Below, in pieces: positions 14,004 through 26,166 of a stretch of 64,000 nucleotides of DNA. The stretch's first letter is position 1. Each line of letters starts with the position of its first letter. This stretch comes from Eledone cirrhosa (taxonomy: Eukaryota). Made by a program: the position numbers and the translations under genes. Below the pieces are notes generated by a model that was not told where the DNA came from, ran no database searches, and was given only the letters and a program-made list of their open reading frames with translations. The DNA lies in assembly GCA_964016885.1 (NCBI GenBank), contig OZ024740.1, positions 207,452,001 to 207,516,000 of the forward strand, read 5' to 3'.

Positions 14004-14768
14004 ACAACAACAACAACAATAATACCCCTCCCATCCATTCTAATGAAACTATAGTCTTTCTTGAAAAGAAAATGAGAAAATAAAAGAAGAAACATAATGT
14101 AAAGGTGGAAGCATGGCTGTTAAGGAGTTTGCTTCGTGACGACATTTTGTCCGCAGGGCGCAGCCGAAACACCGCTCTGACTTAGGTGTAGAGTCTGTCA
14201 CTTTCTCCCCTTCCGTTGTCTACTATTCTGTTATCGGGCCCACGGGGCGGCCGGTGTGTGGACCCCCAATTTGCTTATAATAGTGAAAGATGGGGAGAGC
14301 GAGAGAGCCGTAGGCAGAGACAATGGGAATCTGATTCCATTATCTTCAAACCTAATATATTTGCTAACATTGCCGCCGCCACTATCGGCATCACCAGCAG
14401 CACCACCAACACCACCACAACCACTGCCATAACATTTCCATCTCTGCCATCACCACCACTGCCTTAACATTGCCACCTCTGCCACCCCCACCATAACCTT
14501 ACCCCTTCCCTCCTTTTTCTCTCGTTTATAACATTTATAGTCCTTTCCAATACACCTTTCTTTTTCTATGTTTGACTAAATATTAAATTCTTCATTATTC
14601 CTATGTAATGTTATGTTAGAAATATATTTGAGTATTTTGAAAACAAACAAACAAAAAACAAAACAATACATGGTTGTAGGGTCGACTTTGAGCAAGTGTC
14701 TTCCATAATCTTGGGTAAATCTTGTGAGTGGAATTTGGTAGACAGAAACTGCAGTAACCCGTTGTATG

Positions 14769-15051
14769 CAGGGTTGGATTTAGACCTGGGCGTGGGGGAG
14801 GGGGGGGGGGGACTCAGGTTTGGGAGCCCCTCATACACAAAAATTAGAATACACAACCCCCACCCACCAATATCAAAGTTAGCTTGGCGCATGTAATTGG
14901 AATTGAAAATTTATACATACAGGTATTAAATTCAAAAATTCTAACCATCCTAAAACTGTAAAGCCCAGATGAGGGCACAAATGAATTACTACGGCCGTCG
15001 CTTGTGGGGGCCCCCACTGCAGGGCAATTGCCCCCGTTAAATCCGGCTCTG
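14769..15051. mobile_element. hAT-type MITE (family A)
   Basis: TIR cagggttggattta / taaatccggctctg; TSD gttgtatg / gttgtata (7/8). Confidence 0.88.
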
Positions 15052-15274
15052 GTTGTATATACGCACACACACACGCACCCACCCACGCACACGCACACAC
15101 ACACATACACACACACACCCACACACCCACACCCACACACCCACATGCACACGCATACACACACACACACTTACACGCACACACACATGTAATTTAACGG
15201 CTTAACAAACAAAAAATGAGATCGATAAAATAAGAACCCGATTTGAAATATGTGCTGTGATCGATAAGATCGAC

Positions 15275-15355
15275 TCAAATCAAGGAGAAAGCCCACAAAA
15301 GCCACGGTGACCCTGACCACCAAGGCAAGTGTCCTCTACCAGTTTTCCAAACACT
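15275..15355 (-). mobile_element. Fragment homologous to the 3' region of the L1/Tx1 element
   Basis: cctgaccaccaaggcaagtgtcctctaccagttttcca matches about 46354-46392. Confidence 0.6.
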
Positions 15356-15436
15356 CAAACAAACAAACACACACTCATATATTTCTGTCTGTCTGTCTAT
15401 CTGTCTGTTTGTATGTATGTATGCAATAGAATACTG

Positions 15437-15510
<74 letters not shown>

Positions 15511-15527
15511 ACACACACACACACACA

Positions 15528-15577
<50 letters not shown>

Positions 15578-16004
15578 CACACACACATATATATATATAT
15601 ACTCGCAAGCAATAGCTTACACTACCACCTCTACGTTATCTTTGCCTCAGTACATCTAGCACCTTCCATCCGTAGTGTTACTCCAGTTCGCATGTTTTCG
15701 CCAAAAATAACGTATTACCACGAACATTTATGTCATGGAAAAGCACAATTCTATAAAGTAATTTACACAAATGTTTTATAGCTTTCAACATTTCATACGT
15801 TCTTTCAAACATCTCAACCATACACCCCATTAACATTTACTGCTCTAATACCAGTGTATATAACTATGTATGTATGTATATATATGTATGTATATATGTA
15901 TGTATGTAAGTATGTACGTATGTATGTATGTATAAATGTATGTATGCCTATATGTATGTATGCATGAATGTATGTAAGTCTATAACTATGTATGTATGTA
16001 TGTA

Positions 16005-16362
16005 TGGCCATCCAAAATCACCGGTATCCTGATGGTATCCACTGATGTTGACTTGTTCTTCTTTTTGGCAAATATCATCTTGGTTATGAGAGTGGGACTG
16101 GCTTTGTGCAGTGCCTTTGCTCACTATAAAAGCTTCACGGCACAGGCATTGCTTTATATCTGGAGATCTCTCTGCACTTGTCGTCACATGGTACCATGGG
16201 CCCAGCACTGTGTGTCAATAATTGTCACAAGTGTAGTGTTTGTACCAGAGTTTTCAAGTCGCTGGCTGGACTAAAAAGTCACACTTGTTCAGCGCATCGG
16301 TAGGAGTTCTCCTACATGGATATAAGGTACTGGCCGTACTCGAAAACGAGTTGGCAGCCACC
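16005..16362 (+). mobile_element. Retroposon family B copy with (TGTA)n tail
   Basis: Near-identical to the reverse complement of 40255-40590 and 26167-26320; terminal hairpin tggccgtactcgaaaacgagttggcagcca. Confidence 0.7.
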
Positions 16363-16477
16363 ATGTATGTATGTATGTATGTATGTATGTATGTATGTAT
16401 GTATGTATGTATGTATGTATGTATGTATGTATGTTTGTATGTATGTATGTATGTATGTATGGATGTATGTATGTATG

Positions 16478-16750
16478 TTATGTCTTTCTCTTAATTTAGA
16501 GTAGATTTTTTTGACCGGCCACCTTCCTGGTGGCAAGGTTGTAAAAGAAAAGAAATTGTCATCCCTTGAATCGCAAGAATGTTTTGCAAATTTTGAAGGT
16601 GCCAGCTATAGCAGCCATTTGTAGACTATGAATTAGGGAGCTGCGCTTTTTGTCCGCAAATCCAAGTTCCGGTTGTGCTTTTTGTCCGCAAATCCAAGTT
16701 CAGTCATACTTTGGTCCAAGTGGGTTGGTATATAACCCGTAGCTCCCTAC
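16478..16750 (-). mobile_element. Tandem duplicate of the R4/Dong 3' end
   Basis: Repeats 16770-17010 (ORF end plus 3'UTR) with a small internal duplication; bounded by (TACA)n. Confidence 0.85.
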
Positions 16751-16769
16751 ATACATATGTATGTATGTA

Positions 16770-19700
16770 TGTTATCTTTTTCTCTTAATTTCGGGTATAT
16801 TTTTTTATGACCGGCCACCTTCCTGGTGGCAAGGTTGTAATAGAAAAGAAATTGTCATCCCTTGAGTCGCAAGAATGTTTTGCAAATTTTGAAGGTGCCA
16901 GCTATCGCAGCCATTTGTAGACTATGAATTAGGGAGCTGCGCTTTTTGTCCGCAAATCCAAGTTCAGTCATACTTTGGTCCAAGCGGGTTGGTATATAAC
17001 CCGTAGCTCCAATAATGATGGGTATGAAGCTAAAGGTGTATCTTGGATACTGGATTTGTAAACTCCTCATCAATGGTCCGTAGATGTCCTCCTTCTCCTG
17101 TATTTTTCTGACAACGTTTATATCAAGTGGGCAGCTGATCTCCACAACAGAACACGTTTTCAATGTGTGGTCCCAAACAACAATATCAGGCGGGTTGTGC
17201 TTTAATTTGGTGGCAGTTTTTATTTTCAGGTTCCACCAGTATTCCTTAGTGCCATCTGTCTCAATATATTCTTCCTCGTTTGTTGTTAATTTTGTTTTCC
17301 GAAGTGCGTTCCAGATGGTTCTAGCTATCCCATCGTGTCTCATGGGGAGGTAGTAGCGAGATGACATTCTTTCGCAGCTGGCAACAATGTGGCTTACATC
17401 CTCGATCTTGGTTTTACATAACCTACATTTATTGTCAGCTGCTGGCCCTCCTCTTTTGTGCAGCAGATATTTGGTAGGGAGTTCTTGTTCCTGTATTGCA
17501 TAGAGATATCCCTCAAGGTGTGATGTCATAAACTTGTCGGAACTCCATGCCAGGCTTTTTGAGTGGTTTATCCCCTCTATGGTCTGTGTTTTACGCCTCA
17601 AGTATCCATGCACAACTTTTTCTGTAAATTGGTCAATTTTTTTATCTTGTTTGAACATTGAATAGGATCTTCCGATTTCTCTGGGTGAGAGATTTATATC
17701 ACGCTTTATTCCATATCTCTCCTCCAGATCAGTCGCTATTCTAATGATATTTTTTTTTCCATGGTCATAAACCTGGGCAAGATGGTTGCCAACCTTTTTC
17801 CTCTGTTGAAGGTGTTGCTTCAGTGTTACTATCCGGGTCTCATATGTTGTTAATATTGATTTTAGACCCCGGCCACCTTCCTTGCGTGAGAAGTATAGCC
17901 TATCCACATCACCATTGATGTTAAAGTTCCCAGTAACACTGAGAAGTTTTCGAGTTCTAACATCCATCTCACTTAGTTCTTGCAATGACCAGTTCAGCAG
18001 GCCAAATGTTGGCGTTAGAATTGGCACAGCATAAGTATTGTGGGCAATGTATTTGTTGTATGCTGACAGTTCTGATGACCATATTTTCTTTACTCTTCTG
18101 AGGTTTTCAGTTCTGGTTCTCTCCTTATTTATGGGTCCATCATATCTGACATTCTCATCCTGTCCAATATATCTGTAGTTGTCACCTGACTGCAGATGTT
18201 GTATTGTCAGGCCGTTCATCTCTAGATTTCTAGAGGGGGGCAGAGCTCTTCCACGTTTTACTGCCAAATATGCACACTTGGACTCACCAAATTTCATTTT
18301 GATGTCGGTTGAAAATTGTGTAATGAGGTCCAATTGTTTCTTGATGTCATTGATATTTGGCCCATACAACTTCAGGTTATCAACAAAGAAAAGATGAGAG
18401 ATACTTCTGGGCCCACTTCTTTGTCCACCTTGTTTCCTGAGTAGGTAAGATAGTGGATTCAGTGAGAGAACGAAGAGTAGCACTGACAAGCTATCACCCT
18501 GAAAGATGCCCTTCTGGTAATGTATCTTATCAGTCTTAACTTGCTCGTTCTCACCTCTAAGGATCAAATTGGTGTACCAGTTCTTGGTCAGGCGTTCAAC
18601 AGCAGCTACCAATGGTTGTGGGACTTAACTGTAAAGCCTTAATAATCCACCCATGAGGTACACTATCAAATGCTTTTTGATAGTCCAGCCACACCACAGT
18701 CATGTTTCTGCGATTCTTTGTTGTTTTTTCCTGAATCATTTTGTTAGTTAGTAGGTGATCTATGCAACCCCACACCTCCCTCTTTCCACCAGCTTGCTCA
18801 GGTGTTATGATGTTGTTGGTAGCACAGTGATCCTGTAAGAACAGGTTAAGACACCCAGTATATAATTTATACATGATGTTTTGGCAGGCTACTGGGCGGT
18901 AATTTTTAGCAAGGGCGGTTTGGCTACTTTTGGGAATGAGGAGAGTAGTGGCAGTTGATAACCATCTGGGCAGTTCTTGTGTGCCTTTAATGGTTTCTGT
19001 AAACAGCCGTATGAGATCTTGCCGATAGAAAGTGAAATTCTTCAACCAGTATCCTGTAATGAGGTCTGGGCCTGGCGATTTCCTATTCGACATTTTCTGT
19101 AGAGCTGTTTCCAGTATTGACCCATCTATGTCATATTGTTTTATCTGGACATGTTGGCAGTAGTCCTGTTCCAGTTCCTTTAGCCAATTAGCTTGTCTGT
19201 TGAATCCGTCATCCGTTTCCCATACAGATCTCCAGTAGCTCTCAACCTGTTCTTTTGAAGGGGTGTCCTTTACAGGGATTGAGCTTTTGCCACCGAAGCT
19301 GCGATAAACTGATTTAGGATCTCTGGCAAACAATCTATTTAGCACTTGTCGTTTATGTGCTGTTGACTTATATTTTAGTCTTTCTGTTGTAGCTGTGAGT
19401 TGTTGTTTCAACTGGTGTAATTTGAAGTTCAAATTTTTAAATTTTGTATCTCCAAATCGTCTCTCTAACTTTTTCTTTAGGTCTTCCTGGTGTCGTGTGA
19501 AGTTGCTCTCTATGTTGTATTTCATAACGACTGCGATGTGTGAGATACTTCGTCTCAGGGACAACATTTTGGTTTTTAAATTTCGCATCCACACTGGTTC
19601 AGGCTTTCTGTTTGTATCTTGATTGCGTGGTTTTAGATGTGTGTTATATGATAGCAATGTGACAGCTGAAACATATAACAAAACATTAAGCCTTTCAAAT

Positions 19701-20228
19701 GTCGTTTCTACACCTTTAGATCGTACAGCCTTCAGATAATTGCCAGCTATTTCGTTCACCGCTTCCGATTCCAATTTAGTGGGTTCTTTACTGATTCTGG
19801 TGTTGTATGGTCTGTCACTCACATTAAGGCTGTGTATCTCTTGAAACATATCGTTCCATATCACTTGTAGGGTGTCCACAAGTTTTTGGTGCTCTGTTTG
19901 TTCAGTAGAGTCATGAATTTCAGCCTCGTTGTTGATATGGTGACAATTACTACTAGAGTTAGCTGACCTTTCTCGCTATTCTTCAGTGGAAGTGGGATGG
20001 ATTTCAGCAAAATTGTTGATGAGCTGTTCACTGTTAGATTTAGCTGGCCATTCTCTTTGTCTGTCAGTGGAGGTGGGGTGGTTGTCTACAAGGGCTGTAT
20101 TTGTAGTATCATTCAATTCCGTTAGATGTATCAATTTAATCTAATGATACGTTTTGCCTGTTCATTTAAATGCTTTTGAGAAAAGTTTAATTCTGGGTGT
20201 TTGGAGTTCCATAAAGTGTTTAGCCTTT
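16770..20228 (-). mobile_element. R4/Dong-clade non-LTR retrotransposon in (TACA)n
   Basis: RT plus CCHC plus restriction-like endonuclease; (TACA)n on both sides; N-terminal remnant GFMQRLNTLWNSKHPEL at about 20140-20228. Confidence 0.92.
16855..19879 (-). pseudogene. R4/Dong ORF (RT-RLE), frameshifted near 18600
   Basis: KSPGPDLI, NYRPVAC, WLDYQKAFDSVPH, GIFQGDSLS, HLFFVDNLKLY, CRLC..H...C, PDIVVWD..VVEISCP. Confidence 0.93.
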
Positions 20229-20344
20229 GCATAAAACCGAACTTTTGTGTATGTATGTATGTATGTATGTATGTATGTATGTATGTATGTATGTATGTAT
20301 GTATGTATGTATGTATGTATGTATGTATGTATGTATGTGTGTGT

Positions 20345-20733
20345 GTATGTTCTTCTGGTTTTATAATTTCACAAATTTTTGCCAATAGAGAGAAAGTCAG
20401 TTTTCTAACATAGACACAAGATTCTCTCATTGGAATTTACACAACATCAACTAGGTAGATATGTCTGCATGTCTGCATGCATACATGTGTGTGCAGGTAT
20501 TGATGCTATTGTATGTGTGGATGTGTATGTTTTGAGTTGCATGTGTGCATGTGCATATGCTTTGTATCTGTACAAGTGTATATGCAGTGATTAGATGCAG
20601 AATTTTTGGAATGTTTTACATTTTTCAATGTTCCATTAATGTATGTATGTTTGTATGTATATAACTATGTATGTACGTATGTACGTAAATATGTATGTTT
20701 ATACGTACGTATGTATGTATGTATGTATGTATG

Positions 20734-20767
<34 letters not shown>

Positions 20768-21115
20768 TGTATGTATGTATGTATGTATGTATGTATGTAT
20801 GTATGTATGTTTTTATAATTTCACAAAGTTTTACCAATAGAGAGAGAGTCGGTTTCTAACATAGACACAAGACTCTCTCATTGGAATTTACACAACATCA
20901 ACTAGGTAGATATGTATGTATGCATGCATGTGTAGATATGGATGTTATTGTATGTGTGGATGTGGATGTTTTGAGTTGTATGTGTGCATGTGTATATGCT
21001 TTGTGTCTGTACATGTGTATATGCAGTTATTAGATGCAACATTTTTATATGTATGTATGATTTTTATTGAGACATATTTAAGTTCGCAGAATTCAGGACT
21101 TTTATGTTCAAGATG
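20345..21115 (-). mobile_element. Two tandem 3'-end fragments of the R4/Dong family seen at 24400-25725
   Basis: 20350-20640 and 20810-21050 are reverse complements of about 25430-25712. Confidence 0.8.
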
Positions 21116-21411
21116 AAACAGTTCAAATTAGCGAATGTGTGAGTGATTCAGTATGTACCTACATGTATGTATATAGCTATATTTGGTGTGCACCTAAATG
21201 TATGTGTATGTAGATATATTTGGTGTGTACCTACATGTATGTGTATGTGTAGATATATTTGCATTCATGCAGTGGATGAACATGTCGCTTTAATACACAT
21301 ACGTAAGTGAGTGTGTATATGTATGCATGTATATATATTATCTATGTACATTAATACTCCCACACACTGACATATGTATGGGAATATATATGTATATATA
21401 TATATTATATA

Positions 21412-21490
21412 CAGTGACATTCCGTTATAGCGAAATTCACGGGACATAAAAAAATTCGTTGTAACGAAAATTTCGTTATAATGGTATTTA
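21412..21490. mobile_element. Tc1/pogo(Tigger)-like terminal fragment
   Basis: ta|cagtgacattccgttatagcgaa with repeated cgttataacg-like subterminal motifs; partner TIR not found. Confidence 0.4.
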
Positions 21491-21905
21491 CGGTAGGTAA
21501 ATTTCTACGAGGTCAGTAACATGAGCAGAGTGACTTGACCCCATAGTGATGTCAAAGTTATTTGGTGTATTAGCCCTAGTCCAGTAACTACCATTAAATT
21601 CGATTATAGTACTTCTAGCAGTCAATATGTCTATTTCTTTCTAGATAAATCAATATTAGTACTAGCTAAGATTAGGACCTTATTGAGTAAAATAGGGGAT
21701 GTTTTATTCACTCTTCTGATTACATTTGAATTCCTCCATTTCTTTTTTCAAACTGTCATGCTACTCGAAGTCTTAACTGATCATCTTCAAAAACACATCA
21801 CCAGCATGTGGATTCATTTCATACAAGTATTGTGTTTATTGAAGGCCTTATTTATCAGTGACATGATTTCCTTTTGAATTTCTATGTTTTAATCTTTTGT
21901 TTTTC

Positions 21906-22012
21906 GCTCCGATGAGGGAATCTTATCAAACATTTCTTTTTACTGTAGAAGGTCAATGATTATATCCTCTATGTACAAATTAAGGATTTGGTTTCCGAAA
22001 CAATTTGTCGGC
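21906..22012 (+). ncRNA. Type-I hammerhead ribozyme motif (U4C variant)
   Basis: gct-CCGAUGA-gggaatc...ggtttcc-GAAA-caatttg-UC-ggc; 7-bp base of stem II; GUC site at 22009. Confidence 0.65.
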
Positions 22013-22744
22013 TAGTAAATGAAAGTGTTAAAAAATCTTATGTTGTTTTCTCTATTTATTTAATATATATATATATACGTACGAACTTTCATGTAGCTTG
22101 TTTTAGATCTTTTAGAGTTAGCATTAGTATATATTTTTCTCGGGACTCAGAATTATTATCTCGTACAAGTTCACTTTGCTGCACTGGGTCGTTGCTGGCC
22201 CGGGATGGAAACCTTTATTGTTTATTTCGTGGTAGTCTCTTTAGTATTTTGGCCCCTTTTGTTGACCCGTCACCGTATCATTTACGTACTTATACCTCTT
22301 AAAAGGGTCCTTGCCTAATCCGTCCCACCTAGTTCTTTTACTTATTTCGTTATTTCTTTCTTTATTTATTTCTTTACTTCTTTCTTTCTTTCTTTATTTT
22401 ATTCTAGCCTAACAATAGCCTGAGACCTAGGTCGTAGAATTTAATTTACTTTACTTTTTTCTTTACACTTATTTGCTTTTTTTCACTTCAGTATTTTTTC
22501 TTTCCTATATATTTCTACCCCCCATTGTTCTACCTACCGTTCCGACTTCCTCCCCCTCCCCCTCCCCTGTATCTTCTTTGACCTCATGCCCAGCTGTAGC
22601 TGGCACTACCAACGCTTGATTGGGTCTACTCCACCCCCTCCCCTCTTTCTCCTACTAGCAGGTTTAGCCACCATCTCCCCTACTAATTTGCAACCACAGA
22701 ATTACTACTGATTTTTGACAATCACTTTGACCATATATGGAATT

Positions 22745-22838
22745 ACCCCTTGAGAAGATCGGCTATTTAAATACCAGGATAAATTTTCATTTAGTCCAGA
22801 ATTAGCCGTCGAAACGGCTTGAGCTCAGCTGTCGGGGT
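22745..22838 (+). ncRNA. Type-I hammerhead ribozyme, U3-A8 core
   Basis: acccc-UUGAGAA-gatcggcta...tagccgtc-GAAA-cggc ttgagctca gctg-UC-ggggt; perfect 5-bp stem I; GUC site at 22833. Confidence 0.85.
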
Positions 22839-22872
22839 CTTACTGGTTCCTATATATATATATATATATATA

Positions 22873-23036
22873 TAGGTACGTTATTCCGGGTTGAATCGGA
22901 GGTAACCACAGTAAGTAAGGTACTCAATACATTGCAGAGTATAAAAGTTTTAATATAGATAAGATTCTACAGGTCTAGAACTGTTTCATTCTTTGATTTC
23001 TAAAAAATGAAATAGTTCTAGTCCTGTAGAATCTCA

Positions 23037-23070
<34 letters not shown>

Positions 23071-23130
23071 TGAGATTCTACAGGACTAGAACTGTTTCAT
23101 TTTTTAGAAATCAAAGAATGAAACAGTTCT
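22873..23130. repeat. PLE-like fold-back cassette with partial HHR 3' halves, in (TA)n
   Basis: Hairpin 22958-23040, re-inverted across (TA)n at 23067-23130; gaaa(c/t)agttctagtcctgtag; homologous to 29962-30152. Confidence 0.75.
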
Positions 23131-23152
23131 ATATATATATATATATATATAT

Positions 23153-23570
23153 AAAATAATTAAGTCAAATATTTAAAATTGTGTTTTACTCTGTCAATCC
23201 ATCGATATGTCCAGCTCCTGGTAGTGTTGTTTGTTATTTCTCTTAGGAACTGGAATCATGATTCCAGTTCCTAAGAGAAATAATAACACTACCAGGAACT
23301 GGACATATCGATGGATTGACGGAGTAAATCACACTTCAACAACATGTGTACCTGTCTTTCCCACACCAATTCGGACTGTCTGAAGAGGTCACAGCCAATG
23401 ATGGCTGTCACCGAAATATATATAGCAGTATATCTATAATTTGTAATAAACGAAGCCAAATTTTACATATTTGACTTAATTATTTACATTACTCCGGAGT
23501 AAACAAACCAACCTGCGTACTTCGTCGAGTGCTCCAATCTGCATACTGAGGTGTCGGTAAACAACCAACT

Positions 23571-23575
<5 letters not shown>
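23153..23575 (+). mobile_element. PLE-like 5'-inverted cassette in (TA)n
   Basis: Palindrome centred on aatcatgatt (about 23258), arms about 23180-23335; the right arm continues through an HHR. Confidence 0.8.
23375..23429 (+). ncRNA. Minimal type-I hammerhead ribozyme
   Basis: actgt-CUGAAGA-ggtcacagcca atga tggctgtcacc-GAAA-tatata-UA-gcagt; AUA site at 23424. Confidence 0.88.
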
Positions 23576-23640
<65 letters not shown>

Positions 23641-23645
<5 letters not shown>

Positions 23646-24207
23646 AAGTATGTGTTCCTACATGTAAAAAATACATATAGGGATACAAGTATTATCCAAC
23701 CGTATGCCAATGTGGTTCTATGGCAGGTTAATAAATTAACGAGCCAGAACATATAAAATCAAGGTTTAGCAAATAGAGAAAAAGTTTTAAAATAAATTTT
23801 AAAAAGTTCGCTGAACTTACTATATGTACCTTTACCGCGTGGTTTCAAATCCCCAAATAAATGGATAATCCAGGCGTTAATTTATTAACCTGCCATAGAA
23901 GCACATTGGCATACGGTTGGATAATACTTGTATCCCTATATGTAGTTTTTACACGTAGGAACACATACTTTATTATTGTGGATTGGCAGTATCGGTAGAG
24001 GGTCGGACGCCATGCTTTCCAGCATAGTTACGTCCCTTTACGATCTGAGTTCAAATCCCGCCGAGGTTGACTTTGCCTTTCATCCTTACGGGGTCGATAA
24101 AATAAAGTACCAGTAATGCACTGGATAATTGCTGGCCTTGTGCCTAAAGTACAAACAATTATTAATCTCCCCTAAGGTTTTCTCTATTTGCTAAACCTTG
24201 ATTATAT
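23641..24207. repeat. Inverted-repeat cassette between (TA)n tracts with a SINE inserted
   Basis: 23641-23741 is the reverse complement of 23876-23976; 23758-23782 is the reverse complement of about 24178-24203. Confidence 0.8.
23978..24162 (+). mobile_element. tRNA-derived SINE (family 1, young)
   Basis: Near-identical to the reverse complement of 33522-33706 and 59445-59596. Confidence 0.88.
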
Positions 24208-24212
24208 ATATA

Positions 24213-24275
<63 letters not shown>

Positions 24276-24283
24276 AAATGTTC

Positions 24284-24330
24284 AAGACCACGACGGCAGA
24301 ACTCAAGCCGTTTCGACGGCTAATTCTGGA
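24284..24330 (-). ncRNA. Partial hammerhead (3' half), same family as 22745
   Basis: Reverse complement ccagaattagccgtcGAAAcggcttgagttctgccgUCgtggtctt; the 5' core is missing; between (TA)n tracts. Confidence 0.65.
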
Positions 24331-24399
24331 TGAAAGGCCTATATATATACATACATACATATTTACATACATACATAAACACATACATACTTATATACA

Positions 24400-25725
24400 T
24401 ACAACGCGATCAGTCGCATATTTTGGTGTGGGAGACTATTCATTAAATTTAAGATGAATACTATCTCCGACAGTAATGCCACATCTACCAGTCGTTGAAT
24501 AACTGGGTATTCTTCTAACTATATCCGCTGAAGACACACACCTTTTATTCGAATTCGTAGAGATATCCGACTAAATACATAATTCATTTTACTACGATTT
24601 GCTACAAACAGCATGGCTGAACACAACAACATCAACAACATTAAGGAAGTACCGAAGAAAAACAAAAGGTAAACAAAAATTATTCAGTTGTGGCTACAGA
24701 AGAAACCGAAATTATAAATCGCATTTCTCTTGGAGTTGCGAACTTAATTATGATTTATTTAATTGTTATAAAATGGCAAAAAACAATCCCTCCATTGGCT
24801 ATATGAACAGAATGAAGCTACACTGGGACGAAATACATCCAGAGCTAAATCACTTCACAGCGAAACAACTACGCCAACAAGCGACGTTTGTTGAACGTAA
24901 AAATAAGATAAATATTATTAATTGTAAGTCCCCCACAACAAACATGGAATCAACAACACGTGCTACAGGTCACCATGCTACTAGACTTCCTAGTAGCCAG
25001 GTAGAACAGTGCCTTGAAACAACTATGCCTGTAGGAAATTTGACACCACAGCTACGGCAATGTGGAAGACATCCATGTACATAATATGAAAGCGTACTGG
25101 TGGAATGTTCCAGTAAAAAACCCAATAAAATACAGGCATAATAGACCCGATATTATGATATGGGACAGGGAGAAGAAAGCATGCACAGTAGTGGAAATTA
25201 GCTGCCCAGCAGATGCCAATATAATATCAAAGATTAGTGAAAAGGAGAATATTTATGCAGAACTGATGAGAAATCTGCAGATGCTCCACCCTGATTACAC
25301 CTTCAGATTTATGTCTGTGATTATTGGGGCACTGGGATATGTTAGTAACTGCCTCAATACAAATATTGAGAAGTTAGCCTTCACAGGAACAGAAAGAACA
25401 CAACTAGTTAGGAAATTACAAGTACAATCCATTAATGGAACAGTAAAGATATGTAAAATATTCCAAAAATTGTGCATCTAATAGCTGCATATACACATGT
25501 ACAGATACAAAGCGTATACACATGCACACATACAACTAAAAATATCCACATCCACACATACAATAACATCCATACCTACACATGCATGCAGACATGCACA
25601 CATATCTACCTAGTTAATGTGTAAATTCCAATGAGAGAGTCTTGGAACTATGTCAGAAACCGACTCTCTCTCTATTGGCAACAATTTGTGAAATTATAAA
25701 GCCAGAAGAACATACATACATACAT
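24400..25725 (+). mobile_element. Internally deleted R4/Dong element in (TACA)n
   Basis: N-terminal GYMNRMKLHWDEIHPEL joined to RLE C-terminus YWWNVP..HNRPDIMIWD..VVEISCP; RT absent; (TACA)n on both sides. Confidence 0.88.
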
Positions 25726-26166
25726 ACTGGTTGTCTGTACAAAGCTTGACCACTTCAGTGTACATGATGCTGTGTTCAGTATTGAGATATTTTATGGCTT
25801 TTTAGACCAGACATAATTTTAAAAATATGTCCACATAAATATGTCCATTAGTTTTGGTGCAGCTTGGACTGCCTGTGTTGTCTGATCTTGATGAACTTTA
25901 AAATGTCTCTTTAGACCTCCTTCAGATTTGTATGCATATATACATATATACATTCACACATTCATATACATACATGCATTCACACATACATATATACATA
26001 CACACACATATATATACACACATACATACATACATGCCTACATACATACACAGAGACATATAAACATATATACATACATACACACATGCATACATACACA
26101 TACACATACACATACACATACAAACATACATACACACATACATATATACATACATATATATACACA

